From positions 16,864,001 to 16,928,000 of the forward strand of contig OZ024764.1 in the NCBI GenBank assembly GCA_964016885.1: DNA of 64,000 nt, read 5' to 3'. Made by a program: the position numbers and the translations under genes. The notes beneath the pieces were generated by a model. It was not told where the DNA came from. It made no database searches and saw nothing but the letters and a program-made list of their open reading frames with translations. The stretch comes from Eledone cirrhosa. Its lineage: Eukaryota. Below are positions 50,898-64,000 of this stretch, piece by piece (within the stretch, counting starts at the first letter, position 1; each line of letters begins with the position of its first letter).

Positions 50898-51109
50898 TAA
50901 TACTATTATTAATAATAAGGATGGCAACCCCCCCCCAAAACAATGGTTTCTTTATTAACCACAAAGGGTTTACAACAAAAATACAATATGAACAGCACAT
51001 GACAGTAGAATGTGGGTTTCTGTGATAGAGATGCATCTCTTAAGATTTTCCATTTTAGTTTGAAGTAGGACCTCTTGCTCCTGTGATTAATCTTTAGTAT
51101 GCTCTAGGC

Positions 51110-51317
51110 CAAAGGTTCTCAACGGGGGGCATATGCACCCCCGGGGCGCGTTTCGGAACTCCAGGGGGGCGTTTGGGAGCAAGGTCGTGTTAGGGGGGGC
51201 GTTTGGAGCGGGAGGAGGGGGGTCGGGGGGGCCATGGAAGGCTCTTTATTTTGGGGGCGTTTCGTGATTTAGAGGGACAAAAGGGGGCGTTTGGCCTAAA
51301 TGGGTTGAGAACCTGTG
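51110..51317. mobile_element. hAT (Charlie-like) MITE, G-rich
   Basis: TIRs CAAAGGTTCTCAAC / GTTGAGAACCTGTG and a perfect 8-bp TSD CTCTAGGC at 51102-51109 and 51318-51325. Confidence 0.88.
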
Positions 51318-51429
51318 CTCTAGGCGACATAAGGCACTGACAGAGCAATCTCCAATTAATACATAATACAGTATCAAGGGAGGCAAGTCATACAATTTTC
51401 TAGCATGCTAAAGGTTAAAAGAACAAGTG

Positions 51430-51739
51430 ATCATCATCATCATCATCATCATTTTACGTCCACTTTTCCCTGCTTGCAAGGGTGGGACAGGTCCTATTCA
51501 GTACAGCATATCTCCACTTGTCACGGTCCTTCGTCATCTCCTCCGTGAGCTTCAGCTATCTGAGGTCTGCTCTCACCACCTCCACCCATGTTTTTCGTGA
51601 TCTACCTCTACTGGGACTTCTTGGCGTTTCTTTACCTAGCAGTCATCCTCCATGCGCATCACATGTCCATACCATCACAGCCTTCTCTCCCACACACCAC
51701 AACTTATCCCTCTTATACACAGTTTCTCTCTCAACACAT

Positions 51740-51740
<1 letters not shown>
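51430..51740 (-). mobile_element. RTE 3' fragment
   Basis: Reverse complement of the RTE C-terminus and (ATG)n tail. Confidence 0.85.
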
Positions 51741-52198
<458 letters not shown>

Positions 52199-52206
52199 AT
52201 ATATAT

Positions 52207-52238
<32 letters not shown>

Positions 52239-52277
52239 ATATATATTATATATATATATATATATTATATATATATA

Positions 52278-52362
<85 letters not shown>

Positions 52363-52418
52363 ATATATATTATATATATATATATATATTATATATATAT
52401 ATATATTATATATATATA

Positions 52419-52495
<77 letters not shown>

Positions 52496-52733
52496 AATTT
52501 CTCAAGAGCGTGAACTTAATAAACTTTTATTTGTACTGCCTCTGTTTTTGTTCCCGTCCCAGTTTTCACTATATATATATACACATACATATACGATATA
52601 TATATATATACCCACATATATACATTATCTATCTATATATCTATACATATATAGAATATATATATATATATATATATATTAAAATAACAAATTAAAGTTT
52701 AAGCAAAGAATCGCTGCTTTCACCCTTAACGGG

Positions 52734-52788
<55 letters not shown>

Positions 52789-52922
52789 AAGTAAGTCCTT
52801 CATCAGTGACCCTCCAACCGTCCCAGGCATTTCATCGCTTTAAGGGCCAAAGATGTTGTGCCAACGCGCAGCTCCATTATTATCATATATATATATATAT
52901 ATATGGATATATTCTATATATG

Positions 52923-52998
<76 letters not shown>

Positions 52999-53138
52999 AT
53001 AATAATAAATGTGAAGACTAAAATCCGAAGAGGGTTCGATAAGGATAAATATATATGAAATATATAAGAGTCCTATATATATAGATAGATAGATATAGAT
53101 AAAGAAAGAATATATATACATATATATATCCATGTATA

Positions 53139-53240
53139 CCCGCCGAGGTTAACTTTGCTTTTCATCCTTACGGGGTCGATAAAATAAAGTACCAGTAATA
53201 CAGTGTAAATAATTGCTGGCCAAAAGCAGAAACAATTATT
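53139..53240 (+). mobile_element. 5'-truncated SINE family B
   Basis: CCCGCCGAGGTTAACTTTGC..CATCCTTACGGGGTCGATAAAATAAAGTACCAG. Confidence 0.8.
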
Positions 53241-53399
53241 TATAATTTTCAAATAGCAATGATAACGCCCTACCCCCGTAACCTCCATTGTCTATCGTAC
53301 TGCCCCTGTTCAAATATATACATACATATAAATATATATATATATATATACACACACACACCACACACGCACTATATATATGTCTACATATACACACAC

Positions 53400-53439
<40 letters not shown>

Positions 53440-54416
53440 TGTATACACGCAGGAAAGTGTATCAGTTGACAGCGACCCATAGACCAAGCCACACATACTT
53501 TTCATTCTCTCTCTGACAACAATTTCTGGTAAGGTTCGCACTTTTACATTTTATTTATTTAAATATATATATATATATCATTATATATATATATATATAT
53601 ATATATAAACAAATATATCATTATATATATATATAAACAAATATATCATTATATATATATATATAAACAAATATATCATTATATATATATATAAACAACT
53701 ATATATAGGAAAATGTTCAAGACCGCGACGGCAGAGCTCAAGCCGTTTCGAAATAGCCGTCAAACAATTTCCTATTACCCACTCTACTACCCTAAGTATT
53801 GAGTACTTTGGTGGGTTATGGCCCACCTGGTTCCTTACCACACTTCCTTCACACAATGTACTGGATTATTTGCTTTGTTATTTCTGTTATCGGGCGATGT
53901 GTTATGGTCCTTGGGCAAGACACTTTATTTCACGTTGCTCCTTCTACCTGGAGTTGTGACTGATAGATAGTATTAGCAATTGGAAAGACCAGTGGAAACA
54001 TTGTTTCCTCTGTCCGATTTGACGAAAGTCGACCGTTCCTTTTTATTCCTGTTTACTTTTATACACACCCATCCAATCCACACGTAAATACATGAATTGA
54101 CAAACTTGACTCCTTCTTCCTCCCGTTTGACCTGTGAGGAATTCCTTCCTTGCTCACATTTCGACCAGGTTTGATGGTCTTTATTCTCTCTCGTTCACGA
54201 TTTCTCCGAACTTTTATTCATAGAAATCTGGGACTTGACTCGTTCTTCCTCACTTTCGTTGCTTTACCATCTTTGTTTGTTTACACTCTCGCTCGTTCCC
54301 TTTATTTACATGTCCCAACGACTTTCTTTAGCCGTTGCTCGCACCAACCGGAGGTATATGGTCTTTAAAGCGATGAAATACCAATGATGGTTGGAAGATC
54401 ACTGATGTGGACTAAC

Positions 54417-54505
<89 letters not shown>

Positions 54506-54532
54506 TTATATATATATATATATATATTTATA

Positions 54533-54583
<51 letters not shown>

Positions 54584-54626
54584 ATATATATATATTTAGA
54601 TATATATATATATTTATATATATATT

Positions 54627-54701
<75 letters not shown>

Positions 54702-54784
54702 TTATATTTATCTATTAATTCGGATCTAGCTGTTGAAAACAGCCGGAGCTCAGCCGTCAGGGTCTTGACTCTTTTTCTATATAT

Positions 54785-54863
<79 letters not shown>

Positions 54864-55073
54864 AAAAGAGTCAGGACCGTCACAGACACACACATATATA
54901 TATATGTGTGTGTGTGTGTGTGTAAGTATTTCCGTAGAAAAGGTAGAGGAAAGAAGAGTGCTCTATGTATAGTGCAGAGCTATTTAATTACGTAATAAAC
55001 ACAATATAATTATCCCATTGCGCAAGGTTTCATAAGTTAGACGATTCTAATAGAAACGAAATATATACATATG

Positions 55074-55122
<49 letters not shown>

Positions 55123-55237
55123 TAATAAGAGGAATTCCAACTTTGTCTGATTTACTCGTTTTATTTACAATCCTTTAACATTTATAATGGTATTATAATG
55201 AAATAGTATGATAGAATATTAAATTCTAAGTGTTAAT

Positions 55238-55276
55238 TGAACAAGTACTTTCATGCTTTCGCAATCTTCAGGTTCA
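55238..55276 (-). ncRNA. Minimal type I hammerhead (minus-strand copy)
   Basis: Exact reverse complement of 55365-55403. Confidence 0.7.
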
Positions 55277-55364
55277 TAATATGTGGTGACAGTCAAGTTT
55301 GCAATTTTCAACTGTGAAATGTTCAACAGTTGAAAATTGCCAACTTGACTGTCACCACATATTA

Positions 55365-55403
55365 TGAACCTGAAGATTGCGAAAGCATGAAAGTACTTGT
55401 TCA
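55365..55403 (+). ncRNA. Minimal type I hammerhead ribozyme
   Basis: TGAAC-CTGAAGA-T TGC GAAA GCA T-GAAA-GTAC-TT-GTTCA: stem I TGAAC/GTTCA, GNRA-capped stem II, palindromic GTAC stem III. Confidence 0.72.
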
Positions 55404-55574
55404 ATTAACACTTAGAATTTAATATTCTATCATACTATTTCATTATAATACCATTATAAATGTTAAAGGATTGTAAATAAAACGAGTAAATCAGACAAAG
55501 TTGGAATTCCTCTTATTAATATAATCTTCTATACACAATCATACACATCCATGTATATTTATCTATCTCTGACC

Positions 55575-56160
55575 TGTGGGGCTATGTAGAACGACTATTG
55601 TCGCGGGTGGGACCAATCCAGTTGACCACCGAGTCCATTGTCATGATCAAACCGCCACCCTCTTTCAAAAACGAAGGAGAGGCGGTTTTCCTTTGTGTGA
55701 TAGCTATGGCGAAAGAGGTTGTATGGTGGACAAGGTTGAAAGGGCTGAGGTCAGACACCTTTCTCTCCGGCCAACAACTGATTCTTTTTTTCAAATACCA
55801 CTTTGGAAGAAGAATCAGGATGGAGGGAGAGGTGCTGTACCCCAGCAAGTTTTATGAAAGGTGGGTGAAAGTGGCGAGAATGGCCCGAGAGAATGGGCCT
55901 TCTCTCTATATCAGCCTGTAGGTTGAGGAAAAGGAGGAGGAGAGGAAAGGAGTACAAGCTCTTCGTACTCCTGGAGATGAGAGTTGCACATTTTTTTTCG
56001 GGGGTATGTGTTACCCATATAAACTGTCTCCCTCTATTGGGGAAAATCGACTAACTTTTAAATTCCATCTGTGATAACATTTTACACGTTTTTATTGTAT
56101 GTAAACTTCCCCCTTTGTATTTGTCCCCTTCTTGTTGCGCCCCTGTGGCTAATAAAGAAA
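55575..56160 (+). mobile_element. Tx1/L1-like LINE ORF2 C-terminus and 3' UTR
   Basis: ORF 55598-55921: LCVIAMAKEVVWWTR...FFKYHFGRRIRME...FYERW; 3' end AATAAAGAAA plus (TA)-rich tail; three copies in the window. Confidence 0.78.
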
Positions 56161-56463
56161 TATATCTATATATCTATATATATATAAAATATGTCTTTAG
56201 AATCACTAGATATAATATATACCAAATCCAGCAGCCTTTATTCTTATAGCTTGGTCTAATTGATTTTTTATATGGTTAATTATACTAATTGAGAAAGGAA
56301 TTGGTATATATTATAGCTAGTGATTCTAAAGACGTATTTTATGATGTATAGCTCTGATTATTTAATTTAATTTATTAATTTCTCATTGAGTCACAACGTG
56401 ACCGGTTGCAAAACACATATATATCTCTGACTTTATATATATATGTAAATCTTTATATATATA

Positions 56464-57279
56464 TAGTGTGACCAGAGCTTGCTGTGTGGTGTGGTCACTG
56501 TGGTGTGATAGTGTGACCAGAGCTTGCTGTGTGGTGTGGTCACTGTGGTGTGATACAGTGTGACCAGAGCTTGCTGTATGGTGTGGTCACTGGTGTGATA
56601 CAGTGTGACCAGAGCTTGCTGTGTGGTGTGGTCACTGTGGTGTGATAGAGTGACCAGAGCTTGCTGTGTGGTGTGGTCACTGTGGTGTGATAGTGTGACC
56701 AGAGCTTGCTGTGTGGTGTGGTCACTGTGGTGTGATAGAGTGACCAGAGCTTGCTGTGTGGTGTGGTCACTGTGGTGTGATAGTGTGACCAGAGCTTGCT
56801 GTGTGGTGTGGTCACTGGTGTGATACAGTGTGACCAGAGCTTGCTGTGTGGTGTGGTCACTGTGGTGTGATAGAGTGACCAGAGCTTGCTGTGTGGTGTG
56901 GTCACTGTGGTGTGATAGAGTGACCAGAGCTTGCTGTGTGGTGTGGTCACTGTGGTGTGATAGAGTGACCAGAGCTTGCTGTGTGGTGTGGTCACTGTGG
57001 TGTGATAGAGTGACCAGAGCTTGCTGTGTGGTGTGGTCACTGTGGTGTGATACAGTGTGACCAGAGCTTGCTGTGTGGTGTGGTCACTGGTGTGATACAG
57101 TGTGACCAGAGCTTGCTGTGTGGTGTGGTCACTGTGGTGTGATAGAGTGACCAGAGCTTGCTGTGTGGTGTGGTCACTGGTGTGATAGTGTGACCAGAGC
57201 TTGCTGTGTGGTGTGGTCACTGTGGTGTGATACAGTGTGACCAGAGCTTGCTGTGTGGTGTGGTCACTGGTGTGACCAG
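56464..57279. repeat. ~45-bp minisatellite (~18 copies) with internal GTGACCA/TGGTCAC dyad
   Basis: Unit GTGTGACCAGAGCTTGCTGTGTGGTGTGGTCACTGTGGTGTGATA. Confidence 0.95.
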
Positions 57280-57472
57280 CAATTACATGTGTGCAGGTAA
57301 GTGTTCAACAAGACACTATGATATGATAGTTCCCTGATCACACAGAAAACGACTATATATAAATGAACCACGATGACACCAAACTGCTATATTATTAATT
57401 TATTGTAAATAGCTTACGCCGAAGCTATACAGAAAATACACAAGAATTATAAACATTATTTGTTTGTAAAAG

Positions 57473-57559
57473 ACAGCAGCGAGGAGTACTGGGCAGCCTC
57501 TCTAATGATTTTTGAGGCAAGCCAGCACACTGGCAGTGTTACCTCGGATGATGGCGAGG
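57473..57559 (+). CDS. Candidate 87-nt exon
   Basis: GC-richer island with an AAAG acceptor and G|GTGAGG donor; open (D)SSEEYWAASLMIFEASQHTGSVTSDDGE, phase 1-1. Confidence 0.28.
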
Positions 57560-58037
57560 GTGAGGTGCTGGAAAAACCAATTTAAAACATATTTGTTATG
57601 TTATTTATGTATATATTTAAAAGATATTTGGTATGTTATTTATGTATATATTTAAAACATATTTGGTATGTTATTTATGTATATATTTAAAACATATTTG
57701 GTATGTTATTTATGTATATATTTAAAACATATTTGGTATGTTATTTATGTATATATTTAAAACATATTTGTTATGTTATTCTACTGTAAATTTATTTATA
57801 TGCTCTGTTTATATTTTCATTCTGAAAGAATTGCAAACAATTTGTAATGTTGTTTGTATGAAAGATTACAAGGTATGCTCTATAACCTGTAAAAAAAATA
57901 AAATAAAATAAAAAAGATTGAAAACAAATAATATTTTCAATGGCAACTCTATAGAATTAAATGTATTTGTCAAGAAAACTTCATGAACTTCACTGTCTTG
58001 GTTAAGAGGGAGAGCAAGAGATAGAGATTGAGTAAAA

Positions 58038-58315
58038 GAGAGAAGTTAAGAGTTTGTAAGACCACAAGGGGTCGGTAGAAGGAAAGAGGTTAAGAGTTTG
58101 TAAGACACCAAGGGGTCAGCAGAGAGAAGTTAAGAGTTAGTAAGACACCAAGGGGTCAGCAGAGAGAAGTTAAGAGTTAGTAAGACACCAAGGGGTCAGC
58201 AGAGAGAAGTTAAGAGTTAGTAAGACACCAAGGGGTCAGCAGAGAGAAGTTAAGAGTTAGTAAGACACTAAGGGGTCAGTAGAGAGAAGTTAAGAGTTAG
58301 TAAGACACCAAGGGG
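58038..58315. repeat. 40-bp tandem repeat (~7 copies)
   Basis: Unit AGAGAGAAGTTAAGAGTTAGTAAGACACCAAGGGGTCAGC. Confidence 0.92.
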
Positions 58316-58552
58316 ACTTTCTAGGTCTAAATCCCGTTTTCATTCGTGACCGAAAGGGGTCTTTACCCTTATATATGTATATATGTGTGTGTGTGGGTTT
58401 CTATATATATATATGTGTGTGTGTGTATATATATATATCTGCGTGTCACATTGATATATTTGTCAACAAAACTATATGTGTGTATATATATATATATATA
58501 TGTGTGTGTGTGGGTGTGTATATATATATATATGTGTGTGTGTGTATATATA

Positions 58553-61500
58553 TATTTCTAGCAAGTCAACCAACTCTGTAGAGGTCCACCACCCTCTCGC
58601 TGCTATTTCTAGCATGTCAACCAACTCTGTAGAGGTCCACCACCCTCTCGCTGCTATTTCTAGCATGTCAACCAACTCTGTAGAGGTCCACCACCCTCTC
58701 GCTGCTACTATTTCTAGCAAGTCAACCAACTCTGTAGAGGTCCACCACCCTCTCGCTGCTATTTCTAGCATGTCAACCAACTCTGTAGAGGTCCACCACC
58801 CTCTCGCTGCTATTTCTAGCAAGTCAACCAACTCTGTAGAGGTCCACCACCCTCTCGCTGCTATTTCTAGCATGTCAACCAACTCTGTAGAGGTCCACCA
58901 CCCTCTCGCTGCTATTTCTAGCATGTCAACCAACTCTGTAGAGGTCCACCACCCTCTCGCTGCTATTTCTAGCATGTCAACCAACTCTGTAGAGGTCCAC
59001 CACCCTCTCGCTGCTATTTCTAGCATGTCAACCAACTCTGTAGAGGTCCACCACCCTCTCGCTGCTATTTCTAGCATGTCAACCAACTCTGTAGAGGTCC
59101 ACCACCCTCTCGCTGCTATTTCTAGCATGTCAACCAACTCTGTAGAGGTCCACCACCCTCTCGCTGCTACTATTTCTAGCATGTCAACCAACTCTGTAGA
59201 GGTCCACCACCCTCTCGCTGCTATTTCTAGCATGTCAACCAACTCTGTAGAGGTCCACCACCCTCTCGCTGCTATTTCTAGCAAGTCAACCAACTCTGTA
59301 GAGGTCCACCACCCTCTCGCTGCTATTTCTAGCAAGTCAACCAACTCTGTAGAGGTCCACCACCCTCTCGCTGCTATTTCTAGCAAGTCAACCAACTCTG
59401 TAGAGGTCCACCACCCTCTCGCTGCTATTTCTAGCAAGTCAACCAACTCTGTAGAGGTCCACCACCCTCTCGCTGCTATTTCTAGCAAGTCAACCAACTC
59501 TGTAGAGGTCCACCACCCTCTCGCTGCTATTTCTAGCAAGTCAACCAACTCTGTAGAGGTCCACCACCCTCTCGCTGCTGCTATTTCTAGCAAGTCAACC
59601 AACTCTGTAGAGGTCCACCACCCTCTCGCTGCTATTTCTAGCATGTCAACCAACTCTGTAGAGGTCCACCACCCTCTCGCTGCTATTTCTAGCATGTCAA
59701 CCAACTCTGTAGAGGTCCACCACCCTCTCGCTGCTATTTCTAGCATGTCAACCAACTCTGTAGAGGTCCACCACCCTCTCGCTGCTATTTCTAGCATGTC
59801 AACCAACTCTGTAGAGGTCCACCACCCTCTCGCTGCTATTTCTAGCATGTCAACCAACTCTGTAGAGGTCCACCACCCTCTCGCTGCTATTTCTAGCATG
59901 TCAACCAACTCTGTAGAGGTCCACCACCCTCTCGCTGCTACTATTTCTAGCATGTCAACCAACTCTGTAGAGGTCCACCACCCTCTCGCTGCTATTTCTA
60001 GCATGTCAACCAACTCTGTAGAGGTCCACCACCCTCTCGCTGCTATTTCTAGCAAGTCAACCAACTCTGTAGAGGTCCACCACCCTCTCGCTGCTATTTC
60101 TAGCAAGTCAACCAACTCTGTAGAGGTCCACCACCCTCTCGCTGCTATTTCTAGCAAGTCAACCAACTCTGTAGAGGTCCACCACCCTCTCGCTGCTATT
60201 TCTAGCAAGTCAACCAACTCTGTAGAGGTCCACCACCCTCTCGCTGCTATTTCTAGCAAGTCAACCAACTCTGTAGAGGTCCACCACCCTCTCGCTGCTA
60301 TTTCTAGCAAGTCAACCAACTCTGTAGAGGTCCACCACCCTCTCGCTGCTATTTCTAGCAAGTCAACCAACTCTGTAGAGGTCCACCACCCTCTCGCTGC
60401 TATTTCTAGCAAGTCAACCAACTCTGTAGAGGTCCACCACCCTCTCGCTGCTATTTCTAGCAAGTCAACCAACTCTGTAGAGGTCCACCACCCTCTCGCT
60501 GCTATTTCTAGCAAGTCAACCAACTCTGTAGAGGTCCACCACCCTCTCGCTGCTATTTCTAGCAAGTCAACCAACTCTGTAGAGGTCCACCACCCTCTCG
60601 CTGCTATTTCTAGCAAGTCAACCAACTCTGTAGAGGTCCACCACCCTCTCGCTGCTATTTCTAGCAAGTCAACCAACTCTGTAGAGGTCCACCACCCTCT
60701 CGCTGCTATTTCTAGCATGTCAACCAACTCTGTAGAGGTCCACCACCCTCTCGCTGCTATTTCTAGCAAGTCAACCAACTCTGTAGAGGTCCACCACCCT
60801 CTCGCTGCTATTTCTAGCATGTCAACCAACTCTGTAGAGGTCCACCACCCTCTCGCTGCTGCTATTTCTAGCAAGTCAACCAACTCTGTAGAGGTCCACC
60901 ACCCTCTCGCTGCTATTTCTAGCAAGTCAACCAACTCTGTAGAGGTCCACCACCCTCTCGCTGCTATTTCTAGCATGTCAACCAACTCTGTAGAGGTCCA
61001 CCACCCTCTCGCTGCTGCTATTTCTAGCAAGTCAACCAACTCTTATTAGGTCCACCACCCTCTCGCTGCTATTTCTAGCATGTCAACCAACTCTGTAGAG
61101 GTCCACCACCCTCTCGCTGCTATTTCTAGCAAGTCAACCAACTCTGTAGAGGTCCACCACCCTCTCGCTGCTATTTCTAGCAAGTCAACCAACTCTGTAG
61201 AGGTCCACCACCCTCTCGCTGCTATTTCTAGCATGTCAACCAACTCTTATTAGGTCCACCACCCTCTCGCTGCTATTTCTAGCATGTCAACCAACTCTGT
61301 AGAGGTCCACCACCCTCTCGCTGCTATTTCTAGCAAGTCAACCAACTCTGTAGAGGTCCACCACCCTCTCGCTGCTATTTCTAGCATGTCAACCAACTCT
61401 GTAGAGGTCCACCACCCTCTCGCTGCTATTTCTAGCAAGTCAACCAACTCTGTAGAGGTCCACCACCCTCTCGCTGCTATTTCTAGCAAGTCAGCCAACT

Positions 61501-64000
61501 CTGTAGAGGTCCACCACCCTCTCGCTGCTATTTCTAGCATGTCAACCAACTCTGTAGAGGTCCACCACCCTCTCGCTGCTATTTCTAGCAAGTCAACCAA
61601 CTCTGTAGAGGTCCACCACCCTCTCGCTGCTATTTCTAGCAAGTCAGCCAACTCTGTAGAGGTCCACCACCCTCTCGCTGCTATTTCTAGCATGTCAACC
61701 AACTCTGTAGAGGTCCACCACCCTCTCGCTGCTATTTCTAGCAAGTCAACCAACTCTGTAGAGGTCCACCACCCTCTCGCTGCTATTTCTAGCAAGTCAG
61801 CCAACTCTGTAGAGGTCCACCACCCTCTCGCTGCTATTTCTAGCATGTCAACCAACTCTGTAGAGGTCCACCACCCTCTCGCTGCTATTTCTAGCAAGTC
61901 AACCAACTCTGTAGAGGTCCACCACCCTCTCGCTGCTATTTCTAGCAAGTCAACCAACTCTGTAGAGGTCCACCACCCTCTCGCTGCTATTTCTAGCAAG
62001 TCAACCAACTCTGTAGAGGTCCACCACCCTCTCGCTGCTATTTCTAGCAAGTCAACCAACACTCTAGAGGTCCACCACCCTCTCGCTGCTATTTCTAGCA
62101 TGTCAACCAACTCTGTAGAGGTCCACCACCCTCTCGCTGCTATTTCTAGCAAGTCAACCAACACTCTAGAGGTCCACCACCCTCTCGCTGCTATTTCTAG
62201 CAAGTCAACCAACTCTGTAGAGGTCCACCACCCTCTCGCTGCTATTTCTAGCATGTCAACCAACTCTGTAGAGGTCCACCACCCTCTCGCTGCTATTTCT
62301 AGCATGTCAACCAACTCTGTAGAGGTCCACCACCCTCTCGCTGCTATTTCTAGCAAGTCAACCAACTCTGTAGAGGTCCACCACCCTCTCGCTGCTATTT
62401 CTAGCAAGTCAACCAACTCTGTAGAGGTCCACCACCCTCTCGCTGCTATTTCTAGCAAGTCAACCAACTCTGTAGAGGTCCACCACCCTCTCGCTGCTAT
62501 TTCTAGCAAGTCAACCAACTCTGTAGAGGTCCACCACCCTCTCGCTGCTATTTCTAGCAAGTCAACCAACACTCTAGAGGTCCACCACCCTCTCGCTGCT
62601 ATTTCTAGCATGTCAACCAACTCTGTAGAGGTCCACCACCCTCTCGCTGCTATTTCTAGCAAGTCAACCAACACTCTAGAGGTCCACCACCCTCTCGCTG
62701 CTATTTCTAGCAAGTCAACCAACTCTGTAGAGGTCCACCACCCTCTCGCTGCTATTTCTAGCATGTCAACCAACTCTGTAGAGGTCCACCACCCTCTCGC
62801 TGCTATTTCTAGCATGTCAACCAACTCTGTAGAGGTCCACCACCCTCTCGCTGCTATTTCTAGCAAGTCAACCAACTCTGTAGAGGTCCACCACCCTCTC
62901 GCTGCTATTTCTAGCAAGTCAACCAACTCTGTAGAGGTCCACCACCCTCTCGCTGCTATTTCTAGCAAGTCAACCAACTCTGTAGAGGTCCACCACCCTC
63001 TCGCTGCTATTTCTAGCAAGTCAACCAACACTCTAGAGGTCCACCACCCTCTCGCTGCTATTTCTAGCATGTCAACCAACTCTGTAGAGGTCCACCACCC
63101 TCTCGCTGCTATTTCTAGCAAGTCAACCAACACTCTAGAGGTCCACCACCCTCTCGCTGCTATTTCTAGCAAGTCAACCAACTCTGTAGAGGTCCACCAC
63201 CCTCTCGCTGCTATTTCTAGCATGTCAACCAACTCTGTAGAGGTCCACCACCCTCTCGCTGCTATTTCTAGCATGTCAACCAACTCTGTAGAGGTCCACC
63301 ACCCTCTCGCTGCTATTTCTAGCAAGTCAACCAACTCTGTAGAGGTCCACCACCCTCTCGCTGCTATTTCTAGCAAGTCAACCAACTCTGTAGAGGTCCA
63401 CCACCCTCTCGCTGCTATTTCTAGCAAGTCAACCAACTCTGTAGAGGTCCACCACCCTCTCGCTGCTATTTCTAGCAAGTCAACCAACTCTGTAGAGGTC
63501 CACCACCCTCTCGCTGCTATTTCTAGCAAGTCAACCAACTCTGTAGAGGTCCACCACCCTCTCGCTGCTATTTCTAGCAAGTCAACCAACTCTGTAGAGG
63601 TCCACCACCCTCTCGCTGCTGCTATTTCTAGCAAGTCAACCAACTCTGTAGAGGTCCACCACCCTCTCGCTGCTGCTATTTCTAGCAAGTCAACCAACTC
63701 TGTAGAGGTCCACCACCCTCTCGCTGCTGCTATTTCTAGCAAGTCAACCAACTCTGTAGAGGTCCACCACCCTCTCGCTGCTATTTCTAGCAAGTCAACC
63801 AACTCTGTAGAGGTCCACCACCCTCTCGCTGCTATTTCTAGCAAGTCAACCAACTCTGTAGAGGTCCACCACCCTCTCGCTGCTGCTATTTCTAGCAAGT
63901 CAACCAACTCTGTAGAGGTCCACCACCCTCTCGCTGCTGCTATTTCTAGCAAGTCAACCAACTCTGTAGAGGTCCACCACCCTCTCGCTGCTGCTATTTC
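58553..64000. repeat. 51-bp satellite (>100 copies, runs off the window end)
   Basis: Unit GCTGCTATTTCTAGCA(A/T)GTCAACCAACTCTGTAGAGGTCCACCACCCTCTC; 54-bp variants carry an extra triplet. Confidence 0.97.

Larger units (their letters stand above)
55118..55523. repeat. ~198-bp-arm palindrome containing a hammerhead on each strand
   Basis: The arms are reverse complements with ~1 mismatch; ~10-nt loop at 55316-55325. Confidence 0.95.

Overview
This is eukaryotic, extremely repeat-rich DNA. The SINE families, RTE LINEs and dense (TA)n/(CA)n/(CAT)n tracts suggest a mollusc, probably an octopus (inference). One host gene is recognisable on the + strand: a spliced DOK4/5/6-type docking protein (PH plus IRS-type PTB domain), with four strong GT-AG exons at 20810-24274 and weaker candidate exons further downstream. 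The rest is RTE, Tx1/L1-like and R4/Dong LINE fragments, two tRNA-derived SINE families, piggyBac, hAT and mariner MITEs, and about 20 mini/satellite arrays, several of which were born inside transposon sequence. Nearly all long ORFs in the supplied track are repeat artefacts. The most notable unannotated signal is a set of short non-coding elements lodged in (TA)n tracts that carry type I hammerhead-ribozyme folds: canonical at 17934, a U3-A8 variant at 20612, U4A variants at 48211/48408/49895, a two-strand pair inside a 400-bp palindrome at 55118-55523, and half-motifs at 119-159 and about 54735. Many of these form fold-back palindromes. They look like Penelope-like pLTR or retrozyme-type elements.
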